From NCBI GenBank assembly GCA_017420585.1, contig JAFOIT010000201.1, positions 1-54,419 on the forward strand: 54,419 nucleotides of DNA, given 5' to 3'. Numbering within the stretch: position 1 is the first letter of the stretch; every line of letters starts with the position of its first letter. The notes under the pieces were generated by a model. It saw nothing but the letters and a program-made list of their open reading frames with translations, did not search any database and was not told the DNA's origin. Positions 18,765-26,569 of this stretch are shown here, piece after piece. Origin of the DNA: Solobacterium sp. (GTDB taxonomy: Bacteria; Bacillota_I; Bacilli_A; Erysipelotrichales; Erysipelotrichaceae). The position numbers and the translations under genes were made by a program.

Positions 18765-19790
18765 TCAGTGCGGTCTGTGCAGGTCGGATATACTGTCTCC
18801 GGCCGTAAATTCATATGGGATCATTTCGTGGACGGCCGGCCGCTTGGTGTTGATCTGCAGCAGCAGGGTCTCCACGGTCCGGCTGGCCAACCGGCTGGTA
18901 TCCTGGCGGATCGTGGCCAGGCAGGGATTGGCATAGCTGCCGAAGCTGATGCCGTCAAAGCCGATAATCGATATGTCATCCGGGACCTGTTTGCCTATGG
19001 TGCGGAGTCCTTTCATCGCGCCGATGGCAATCATGTCCCCCAGGGCAAAGATGGCAGTCAGGTCCGGTGCTTTCTTCAGCAGCCGGATTACCCCGGCCTC
19101 CCCTTCGGCCATGGAGAAGCCGCAGCCCTCATAGTCCCGGTCCCGGTCAAAGCTGATGCCGTGTTTCTGCAGTTCCTCCACCGCCCCGGTAAAGCGCTTC
19201 ATGCTGTTGTCTTCCGGGAAGGAGACCGGATATCCGCCCAGGATCCCAATCCGCTCGTGGCCGCCGGCCGCCAGCCGCCTGACGGCTTCTGCCGCGGCTT
19301 TTGCGTCGTCGGTGCAGAAACTGGACAGCTGCGGGAAACCGAGCCCGGCAGCGTCCGCCGTCACCAGGACAGACGGCACATTGATCTGGCCGAAACCATC
19401 CCGGAAATTGCGCACGCTGCCGCCCAGGAAAATCAGTCCCTTCGGCTTCCGGCGGCTGATAATCCTTGCCGCTTCGGCAATCTCATCAGCCTGTTCATCC
19501 AGGAAGGTGACATTCACGCTTTCCCCATGCATCTGCATGCTGATCTGAATGGCTTCGAGAATGGATTCCAGGAACGGGTTGCCGATTCCCTTGACAATCA
19601 CCGTAACCGGTGAATGCAGCGTCTGTTTCAGAAACTTCGCATTGGTATTCGGCTGAAAATTCTGCTCCCTGATGACCCGTTCAATGATCTCACGGGCAGC
19701 CGGACTGACATCACTGCGCTTATTAATGACCCGGGATACGGTACCGATACTGTATCCCGACAGTTTTGCTATGTCCTTAATCGTTACCAT
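18765..19790 (-). CDS. LacI-family transcriptional regulator of the maltodextrin operon
   Basis: TIKDIAKLSGYSIGTVSRVIN HTH; VPDDISIIGFD. Confidence 0.93.
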   Translation of the reverse strand: MVTIKDIAKLSGYSIGTVSRVINKRSDVSPAAREIIERVIREQNFQPNTNAKFLKQTLHSPVTVIVKGIGNPFLESILEAIQISMQMHGESVNVTFLDEQADEIAEAARIISRRKPKGLIFLGGSVRNFRDGFGQINVPSVLVTADAAGLGFPQLSSFCTDDAKAAAEAVRRLAAGGHERIGILGGYPVSFPEDNSMKRFTGAVEELQKHGISFDRDRDYEGCGFSMAEGEAGVIRLLKKAPDLTAIFALGDMIAIGAMKGLRTIGKQVPDDISIIGFDGISFGSYANPCLATIRQDTSRLASRTVETLLLQINTKRPAVHEMIPYEFTAGDSISDLHRPH

Positions 19791-19798
19791 GATAATTC

Positions 19799-19822
19799 GT
19801 TAACGTTCCCGTAAACGTTTCC
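19799..19822 (-). promoter_or_regulatory. two tandem LacI/MalR-type operators
   Basis: Minus strand GGAAACGTTTAC (19811-19822) and GGGAACGTTAAC (19799-19810), AACGTT-centred palindromes between the promoter and the ATG. Confidence 0.7.
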
Positions 19823-19829
19823 ACATTTT

Positions 19830-19857
19830 ATGATAGCGCTTTCAGGTAAAATGTCAA
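19830..19857 (-). promoter_or_regulatory. sigmaA promoter overlapped by a cre (CcpA) site
   Basis: TTGACA (19852-19857), 16 bp spacer, TATCAT (19830-19835). TGAAAGCGCTATCA (19831-19844) matches cre TGWAANCGNTNWCA. Confidence 0.75.
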
Positions 19858-19892
19858 CAAATCAAATAAAAAAACAGGATTTCTCCTGTTTC

Positions 19893-20456
19893 TCATTCCT
19901 CAATTTCCGCCGGCTCATCACCGTCCGGGTGGTTATACAGCCGGTAGATCATCATGGCGACACTGTGCGCGCTTTCCCGCCGGCCGCCTTCCTCCCACTT
20001 CAGGAAGGAGTTCAGCAGGCCGCCGGCATACGCATACAGTTCATACATGTGCAGTTTCTTCTGCGGCATGATGTTTTTCATCATGTATTCATTGACCGCG
20101 TCAATCAGTATCGTGTAGAGCCCGTGCCGGTTCAGCACCAGGAAGAAACGCGAATACCGGTCAAAGTAGTTCAGTGAGAATTCGATATGCTCAAGGCGCA
20201 TATAGACCCCCGGGTCATTCACTTCCCCGCCCTCGATCATATATCCGGTCACGATGATATCAAGGCAGTCGCACAGGGCATCATACAGATTCTCATAGTA
20301 GCGGTAAAACGTCATCCGCGACACCCCGGCAATCCTGATGACATCCGTCACCTTGATGCGGGCGAATTCTTTTTTCTCCAGTTCGTCGAGAATGGCATTG
20401 CCGATGGCCATTCTGGTGGCGGCTGTCCGGCTGTTCAAATCAGTCCTTATTTTCAT
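19893..20456 (-). CDS. TetR/AcrR-family transcriptional regulator
   Basis: IKVTDVIRIAGVSRMTFYRYY HTH. Confidence 0.9.
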   Translation of the reverse strand: MKIRTDLNSRTAATRMAIGNAILDELEKKEFARIKVTDVIRIAGVSRMTFYRYYENLYDALCDCLDIIVTGYMIEGGEVNDPGVYMRLEHIEFSLNYFDRYSRFFLVLNRHGLYTILIDAVNEYMMKNIMPQKKLHMYELYAYAGGLLNSFLKWEEGGRRESAHSVAMMIYRLYNHPDGDEPAEIEE

Positions 20457-20479
20457 AAATGTTACATATTTCCTTTTTC

Positions 20480-20495
20480 TGTACCCAATGTTACA
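20480..20495. promoter_or_regulatory. candidate TetR operator
   Basis: Imperfect palindrome TGTACCCAATGTTACA, plus a repeat of the ATGTTACA half-site at 20459-20466, between divergent tetR and degV. Confidence 0.5.
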
Positions 20496-20571
20496 CTTTT
20501 CTTCTTTGTGTTTATTTTATCATCCGGATACGTCCCATACAATTTCGATGTTATTTCAGGAGGTGATTTTC

Positions 20572-21405
20572 ATGAGAATCATCGCAGATTCATCCTGTGA
20601 TCTGCAGGGCCTTGACTGGGAGGACTTCCGTACAGTCCCGCTGACCATCTATACAGATGAAAGAAGCTTTGTCGATGAACCGGATCTGAACATCACAGAA
20701 ATGCTGGATTACCTGGCCCGTTTCCGCGGCCGTTCCTATACTTCCTGTCCTTCAGCCGAAGCATGGCTGAACGCTTTTGCCGGAGCCCGGGAAATCTTTG
20801 TCATGACCGTAACCAGCTCGCTGTCCGGATCCTATGCCAGCGCCATGATGGCTGCCAAGCAGTATATGGAAGAAAACCCCGGGGCAAAAGTCTCGGTGAT
20901 CGACTCCCTGTCCACCGGCGGTGAAGAAGTGCTGGTACTGCACAAACTGGCAGAACTGGCCCATACCGATATGACCTTTGAGGAAATCGATCAGGCCATC
21001 AGGGATTACCTGCTTCATACCCGGCTCTTCTTTGCCTTCTTCTCGGTTCACAACCTGAGCCAGAACGGCCGGGTCAGCAAGACCGCTGCCGCGGCCCTGA
21101 GCATGTTCAATATCGCTGTCACCGGCACGGCTACCGAAACCGGCACAATCAATGTCAACGGCAAGGCCCGGGGTGAACGCGGGGCCATGAAGAATATCTA
21201 CAAAGCGGCGCTGGAAGCCGGCTATACCGGCGGCCGGGCTGTCATCACCCATGTGGAGAACCCGGAACTGGCATCATGCCTGAAGAACATGGTCCGACAG
21301 GACTATCCGGATGCCGAAGTGCTGATCTTCCCGACCCGCGGCCTGTGCAGTTATTACATGGAACGCCGCGGCATCGTCTTCAGCTGCGAAACGGCCGGGA
21401 AATAA
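20572..21405 (+). CDS. DegV/FakB family fatty-acid-binding protein
   Basis: IIADSSCD, TSCPS, TVTSSLSGSY, VIDSLS, NGRVS; AGGAGGTG SD before ATG 20572. Confidence 0.92.
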   Translation: MRIIADSSCDLQGLDWEDFRTVPLTIYTDERSFVDEPDLNITEMLDYLARFRGRSYTSCPSAEAWLNAFAGAREIFVMTVTSSLSGSYASAMMAAKQYMEENPGAKVSVIDSLSTGGEEVLVLHKLAELAHTDMTFEEIDQAIRDYLLHTRLFFAFFSVHNLSQNGRVSKTAAAALSMFNIAVTGTATETGTINVNGKARGERGAMKNIYKAALEAGYTGGRAVITHVENPELASCLKNMVRQDYPDAEVLIFPTRGLCSYYMERRGIVFSCETAGK

Positions 21406-21419
21406 AAAAACACCCTGCT

Positions 21420-21462
21420 GAAAATGCCGTCAGGACACACGCAGTATCCCGACGGCATTTTT
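21420..21462. terminator. bidirectional terminator
   Basis: AAAATGCCGTC...GACGGCATTTT between convergent genes. Confidence 0.75.
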
Positions 21463-21477
21463 CTTTGGCGGCATCTG

Positions 21478-22308
21478 TCACCATTCTTTCAGTATCGTTT
21501 TGTAATCCAGGTTCCGGCCAACCTTCCTGTAAATATAGAACAGGCAGACAAGCTCAACGGCCAGCTGGATCAGATAGACAACGGTCGTCCCGCTGTCCCC
21601 GGAGGTATATGTCGCAGACGTATCCGTCTCAGTGAACAGGAAGATCTCATTGAGGAATCCCGGCAGGAAATCGTTCAGTCCGTGAATGATAGCCAGGCCA
21701 AGCAGATTCCTGGTCTTCCAGTACAGGATCATCATCATGCTTCCGTATACCGCGGTGTTGGCAATCTTGAGAAAAAACTGCAGGGTCTGATGCAGGTCCG
21801 AAAAGTCCGCGCTGACCACATGGACATAGCCGAATACCAGGCCCGAGATCAAAGCGGTCCAGAGGAACGGGTGCCGGCGGTTTTTCAGCAGCGGCAGCAG
21901 CGCGTCGCAGGCACAGGCACGGAAGCACGCTTCCTCATACACCCCGACGAGGAACATGTCTGCCGCAAACAGCGCCAGGTTCACCGGCCAGCCGGGGATC
22001 AGCGGCGGGTGTTCAAAGAATACTTCGAGAATCCCGAAGAGCCCGAACACAGCCGAAAAAATCAGCGTCGGCGCCAGCATCCTGAATGTATAACCTGTCT
22101 GATTGGTCAGAAACGAGAAGGTTTTCTTCCCGGAAATCAGATACAGCCATAACAGGGATACGATGGTGATGACGGCAAATTCCACCAGCAGTCCGCCATT
22201 GTCCTCAACCAGTATCCGGCTGCCCAGGATCATCAACCCGATCATCGAGGCAACCGACAGCAGCCAGAGGACCACATTCACCCATTTCCGTTTATCTGTT
22301 AAGTTCAT
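21478..22308 (-). CDS. CPBP (CAAX/Abi) family intramembrane glutamic protease
   Basis: EEACFR, FGYVH, HGLND motifs; multiple TM segments. Confidence 0.88.
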   Translation of the reverse strand: MNLTDKRKWVNVVLWLLSVASMIGLMILGSRILVEDNGGLLVEFAVITIVSLLWLYLISGKKTFSFLTNQTGYTFRMLAPTLIFSAVFGLFGILEVFFEHPPLIPGWPVNLALFAADMFLVGVYEEACFRACACDALLPLLKNRRHPFLWTALISGLVFGYVHVVSADFSDLHQTLQFFLKIANTAVYGSMMMILYWKTRNLLGLAIIHGLNDFLPGFLNEIFLFTETDTSATYTSGDSGTTVVYLIQLAVELVCLFYIYRKVGRNLDYKTILKEW

Positions 22309-22422
22309 GTCAGTTCCCCCCTTCACTGCCGGATATTTTCCCGCGGCATCCGGACACATTGAAACGTACCTTTTATTTTATACCGCAGCAGCCGTTCCGG
22401 ACATACAGAACTGATGACCGCG

Positions 22423-22456
22423 GAAAGAAAAGAAGCAGCCCCCGGGGATACTTCTT
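22423..22456 (-). terminator. terminator closing the WYL operon
   Basis: Minus strand AGAAGTATCCC..GGGGCTGCTTCT followed by TTTCTTT. Confidence 0.6.
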
Positions 22457-22481
22457 CCTGTATTCATTTATCGTTAAGCGG

Positions 22482-22808
22482 TTATTTCCGGGCCGGTTTC
22501 TTCTTTTTTCTCTCCGGCAGCTCCGGCCACATGGCCTGCAGCAGTTCACACAGGAATTCCCGGTTATCCACTTCCTTCACCAGCAGCATCTCCTTCGCGC
22601 CTTCATAGGGGATTTCTTTCGGCGCGCCGGGCATCATCTTCAAGGCTGCAGGAACCGGTTTTACCAGGAGCCGGTCATCATAGATCCCGCCGGCCAGACG
22701 GTCACGGTAGTACAGTAAATACTCGCCCATCATCGGCCGGATACGCACGTCATCCAGTCCGGCCAGCTGTTCGGAAATATAATCCAGATATGCTTTTGTT
22801 GAAGCCAT
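22482..22808 (-). CDS. TfoX N-terminal domain protein
   Basis: RPMMGEYLLYY..GGIYDDRLLVK, PYEGAK. Confidence 0.82.
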   Translation of the reverse strand: MASTKAYLDYISEQLAGLDDVRIRPMMGEYLLYYRDRLAGGIYDDRLLVKPVPAALKMMPGAPKEIPYEGAKEMLLVKEVDNREFLCELLQAMWPELPERKKKKPARK

Positions 22809-22817
22809 ACAATCCTC

Positions 22818-23564
22818 CTATCCGTTGATCAGTTTCAGGAACTTCCTGTCATTCATCTGCTCGTTTGTCAGGTATTCCCCGTCATGAAACAGGGCGTAAT
22901 TCGTAACCGGGGACGGGGCATTCCGGGCCGCCTCGCGGCTGTCCAGCCTGACTGCCCTGAAAGGGATGCCGGCCCTGGCGGCAGTTTCTTCCAGAACCGG
23001 TACATATTTGGCGTTGAACGGGCACTGATTTGTGTAATACAGCACATAGCCGCCCTCATCAATGTGCGGGTGCCTGGCGCATTCCCGAAACCGCGGTGCG
23101 GGCGCGGTCTTTTCAAACGGGAGATACCACAGCTGGATCCCGTTATCCGCCTCATCGCATACCGTAAACCCCTTGTGCTGCAGGTATTTCGGGTCCGCCA
23201 GGAAAGGTTTCTTCTTCGCTGCCGCCAGGATGCACAGCCCCGCTTTGCCCTTGGCCCGGCTGTCGGCAATGCAGGCATTGAGGAGATCGTTGGAATATCC
23301 ATGTCCCTTGAATGATCCCGACACCCACAGGCAGTCAATATACATGTAGCCGTCCGCGTCAACCGGCACCCAGGCATTTTCCGCCGGAATATACTCGATG
23401 AAGCACTTGCCCCGTTCCGCGCTTTTCAGGAAGACCAGGCCTTCATCAAACCGGTCAGCCAGCCAGGCTTTCTTGGACGAAACCTGTACATCCTTATTGT
23501 TTGAAATAGCACAGCAGATATGTTCTGTTTCCAGGTTTTCCCTTGTTACCCTTATATACTCCAT
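22818..23564 (-). CDS. YoaP-domain GNAT-like protein
   Basis: EHICCAIS, CFIEYIPAE, CLWVSGSFKGHGY (acetyl-CoA loop), C-terminal QCPF/APSP. Confidence 0.82.
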   Translation of the reverse strand: MEYIRVTRENLETEHICCAISNNKDVQVSSKKAWLADRFDEGLVFLKSAERGKCFIEYIPAENAWVPVDADGYMYIDCLWVSGSFKGHGYSNDLLNACIADSRAKGKAGLCILAAAKKKPFLADPKYLQHKGFTVCDEADNGIQLWYLPFEKTAPAPRFRECARHPHIDEGGYVLYYTNQCPFNAKYVPVLEETAARAGIPFRAVRLDSREAARNAPSPVTNYALFHDGEYLTNEQMNDRKFLKLING

Positions 23565-23580
23565 ATGCTCAGCCTCCTTC

Positions 23581-24459
23581 TTACAGGTCAAATATGTTCA
23601 TCTGCGGAAATCTCTCCGGCAGTTCGCTGATAAACCGGAAGCACTCCTCCGGACTCGACAGGATCCCGTTTGCCCGGCAGGTTTTCTGAAATACCGCTTT
23701 CAGTTCCGCGGCGTTCGGACTGGGCAGTTCATAGGCATTCCCATACTGTCTGATGTACAGTTCCTTCAGGCCGGGAAAATGTCTGTCAAGCGCGGCATAA
23801 TAGTATTCCCGGCTGCCTTCCCGCAGGGTCAGCCCCATGCCGAAATCAATAATGCCTTTGACCCCGGTACGGATGCATTCATTCAGGATTGCCGTGAGGT
23901 TTTCCTCCGTATCATTGATGAACGGGAGAATCGGTGTAATCCACACAACCGTGGGAATTTCCCTTTTCTGCATTTCCGCCAGTACTTCTATCCGCCGTTT
24001 TGTATTGCACACACCCGGTTCCAGGATTCTGCACAGGTCATCGTCGTAAGTTGTCAGCGTCATCTGCACCACACACTTTGCCGAACGGTTGATCTCATCC
24101 AGCAGATCGATATCCTGCAGGATCCGGTCCGATTTTGTCTGTACCGCGGCCCCGAACCCGTATTTATGTATGATTTCCAGGCACTTCCGGGTCAGCCGCA
24201 GTTCTTCTTCAAGAGGTATATACGGATCTGACATCGCGCCGGTTGCGATCACACACCTCCGTTTTTTTGACCTCAGTGCCTTTTCCAGCAGTTCCGGGGC
24301 ATTGCGCTTTACCTCTATATCCTCAAACGGGTGGCTGAACTGATAGCATCTGCTCCTGCTGTCACAGTAAATACAGCCATGGCTGCAGCCCCGGTAGATG
24401 TTCATTCCGATATGCCCGCCGCTGCCGGTCAGTATTCCTTTGGCATCAACAAAATGCAT
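23581..24459 (-). CDS. SPL (spore photoproduct lyase)-like radical SAM protein
   Basis: NIYRGCSHGCIYCD (CxxxCxxC), SDPYIPLE, TKSDRILQD, PILPFIND. Confidence 0.87.
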   Translation of the reverse strand: MHFVDAKGILTGSGGHIGMNIYRGCSHGCIYCDSRSRCYQFSHPFEDIEVKRNAPELLEKALRSKKRRCVIATGAMSDPYIPLEEELRLTRKCLEIIHKYGFGAAVQTKSDRILQDIDLLDEINRSAKCVVQMTLTTYDDDLCRILEPGVCNTKRRIEVLAEMQKREIPTVVWITPILPFINDTEENLTAILNECIRTGVKGIIDFGMGLTLREGSREYYYAALDRHFPGLKELYIRQYGNAYELPSPNAAELKAVFQKTCRANGILSSPEECFRFISELPERFPQMNIFDL

Positions 24460-24462
24460 GGC

Positions 24463-25101
24463 TCAGCTTCCTTTCGGTTTTACCGGGTGCCGGATCACGG
24501 TTTTCAGTTTTTCCGGTGCTGTTTTCCTGGCATCGTTCAGGTAGATTTCATGGTGCCGGCGCTGGTCCGTGATGTCCAGGTCATAGCCTTCCTGTTCCAT
24601 GAACGCATGCATCTTCTGCACCGTTGCGGGTTCATCATCATAGCAACCGATATGCATGCACTGCACGCAGAGCCCCTCTTCCAGCGTCAGATATTCCACT
24701 GCAGAACAGTCCAGCCGCTTTTTCCGGGCCGTTTCATTCACAGCCCAGCGGAATTCTTCTTCCGTTACAAAATCCGGCAAGCGGATCACGGCAATCCAAT
24801 GGAAATCCTGCTTGCGGCTGTAATCCACACCCGCGGTGCCTTCCTGCCACCAGAACCCTTCCAGCGGCGGCACCACATAATCAAAGTAGCCCTCGATCCT
24901 GTGGCCTCCTTTTTTGCTCATCTTGATGGTATAGGCAACTGCATACAGAAGCCCGATTGCCTGCTGATATTCACCATCTGCGGCATTGGGATCCCCGCTG
25001 CCCCGGACAGCAATGAAATTCATCGCGGGAACATTGACAATGGATGGCTTCCCCGCCGGCAGGTAGTATTCCTTGTATTCTTTCTTATAATCAAACGCCA
25101 T
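24463..25101 (-). CDS. GyrI-like protein of the lin2189/cyclopropyl-hydrolase-like type
   Basis: GSGDPN, LYAVAYTIKMSK, VVPPLEGFWW, MHIGCYDDE, HHEIYL. Confidence 0.82.
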   Translation of the reverse strand: MAFDYKKEYKEYYLPAGKPSIVNVPAMNFIAVRGSGDPNAADGEYQQAIGLLYAVAYTIKMSKKGGHRIEGYFDYVVPPLEGFWWQEGTAGVDYSRKQDFHWIAVIRLPDFVTEEEFRWAVNETARKKRLDCSAVEYLTLEEGLCVQCMHIGCYDDEPATVQKMHAFMEQEGYDLDITDQRRHHEIYLNDARKTAPEKLKTVIRHPVKPKGS

Positions 25102-25106
25102 GCTGT

Positions 25107-25499
25107 TTACCTCTCGATGAAAGATCCGATTTCTATCAGGTTGCCTTCCGGATCTGCAATATAGCAGGTCCTCTGCCCCCAGGGCTCTGTTGCCGGCGCC
25201 ATAATACCCTCAGCTCCTGCCGCTGTCACATCCGCATAAGCCTTGTCAACTGCGGCGTAATTATCGACACCAAGGGCTATTTCAAAATGCCCGTTAATTC
25301 CGCGGCAATAAGAATATTTCCTGTTTGTCATCTTTTCAAAGTCCGTTTTCCGATAAAGCAGGAAAAGTGTGCCGTCTTTTTCAAGAAAAACATTTGTCGT
25401 ATTCTCTTCCTCTTTGATTTCAAACCCCAATACGTCCCTGTAAAAGCGGACCATTGCCGCCATATCATCAACCATGATCCCGAATCCATCCAACCTCAT
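25107..25499 (-). CDS. VOC (glyoxalase/bleomycin-resistance fold) protein
   Basis: DMAAMVRFYRDVLGF, FEIAL, PWGQRTCYIADPEGNLIEI. Confidence 0.9.
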   Translation of the reverse strand: MRLDGFGIMVDDMAAMVRFYRDVLGFEIKEEENTTNVFLEKDGTLFLLYRKTDFEKMTNRKYSYCRGINGHFEIALGVDNYAAVDKAYADVTAAGAEGIMAPATEPWGQRTCYIADPEGNLIEIGSFIER

Positions 25500-26416
25500 A
25501 ATACCTTATCCTCTCTGTATAACATCGCCATTTTATCTGCCATACGGGCGATTTCGTTTCTTGCTTCTATGGGCTCGAGTACTTCCGCCTTGTCCCCGAA
25601 TGTCATCAGCCACGTGACCAGGTTCTCTATATCTGTATAGTCCGCCGTGAACAGCAGTCTGCCGTCTCCAGACTCTGTAAAGCATGCCGGACCGAACTCT
25701 TCTACCAGCCGCCACTTCTGATCAGCACTGAATAAAACCTTTACCCTGATTCCGCCAGGAAAGATTTTTTCATTTGACAGATCCGGCAAAACCGTTTCCC
25801 TGCACACAAAAGAGGTATTTGCCTTACGGACATGAACCATGCGGTTCAGTTTGAACAGCCGGAAATCCTGACGGTCACAGCACCAGGCCCAGAGGTACCA
25901 GCTGGACCAATGGAAGATCAGATAATACGGCTCAACAGTCCGCACGCTGTCCCCCGTCGGCGCATAGTACTGAAAGCTGATCAAGTGCCGGGTTTCAACC
26001 GCGTCCTGTATAGTCTCTATCTTCGGAGCCAGTGAATCCCGATTCCATGACGACAGATCGATCAGGATCGAATCCCTGCCGCTGATAAACTCTGATGATC
26101 CGGTCTGGATCTTCTCCATCAGCTGGCTGTAGTACCGGCTGCCGCTGACACTGTCCAGGCTGCGAAGCCCGGCAAGTATCATCTGCATATCCTTTGAAGT
26201 CAGGATCATCCGGTCCATCCGGTAGCCGTCCATGATGCGGATGCCGCCTCCCGGCCCGCGCAGGGTCTGGATCGGTATGCCGGCCATGCACAGTGTTTCG
26301 ATATCCCGGTTGATTGTCCTTCGTGACACTTCGAATTGTTCCGCCAGTTCCGGGGCGGTTGTCTTGTCTTTCTGCAGCAGCACCGACAGGATGCCGATCA
26401 GTCTGTCTGTTTTCAT
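25496..26416 (-). CDS. YafY/PafB-type HTH-WYL-WCX transcriptional regulator
   Basis: TAPELAEQFEVSRRTINRDI HTH; RTVEPYYL, SWYLWAWC, FRLFKLNRM; WLMTFGDKAEVLEP; ATGA overlap with the VOC gene. Confidence 0.92.
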   Translation of the reverse strand: MKTDRLIGILSVLLQKDKTTAPELAEQFEVSRRTINRDIETLCMAGIPIQTLRGPGGGIRIMDGYRMDRMILTSKDMQMILAGLRSLDSVSGSRYYSQLMEKIQTGSSEFISGRDSILIDLSSWNRDSLAPKIETIQDAVETRHLISFQYYAPTGDSVRTVEPYYLIFHWSSWYLWAWCCDRQDFRLFKLNRMVHVRKANTSFVCRETVLPDLSNEKIFPGGIRVKVLFSADQKWRLVEEFGPACFTESGDGRLLFTADYTDIENLVTWLMTFGDKAEVLEPIEARNEIARMADKMAMLYREDKVL

Positions 26417-26433
26417 CTTTCTTTCTCCGTATG

Positions 26434-26472
26434 TATCATAGCAGGGATAACATGACACCTCTATGTCATGTT
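26434..26472 (-). promoter_or_regulatory. WYL operon promoter: palindromic operator plus extended -10
   Basis: Perfect AACATGACA-N6-TGTCATGTT (26449-26472) just upstream of TG-C-TATGAT; no consensus -35. Confidence 0.75.
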
Positions 26473-26515
26473 TATGACAAAATCTGTTTTCTGCCGATTT
26501 TTTGTCTGAAATAAC

Positions 26516-26545
26516 AAAAGACAGCCGTGTTATCACAGCTGTCCC
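26516..26545 (-). terminator. terminator after the serine hydrolase gene, insulating the WYL promoter
   Basis: Minus strand GACAGCTGTG-ATAA-CACGGCTGTC-TTTTGTT. Confidence 0.75.
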
Positions 26546-26569
26546 ATTAACTGTTTTGCACGATTCCGG

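Noticed and set aside
21478-22308. CPBP/Abi protease as an abortive-infection gene or member of the WYL operon
   Set aside because: The Abi label for this family is historical; the gene is separated from the operon by a terminator and has its own -10-like box
22352-22382. Plus-strand 'GHIETYLLFY' resembling the rlmD HIETIVLL att site (possible far end of the island)
   Set aside because: Wrong strand relative to rlmD, low nucleotide identity, and it coincides with the CPBP promoter region; the far island boundary remains unlocated
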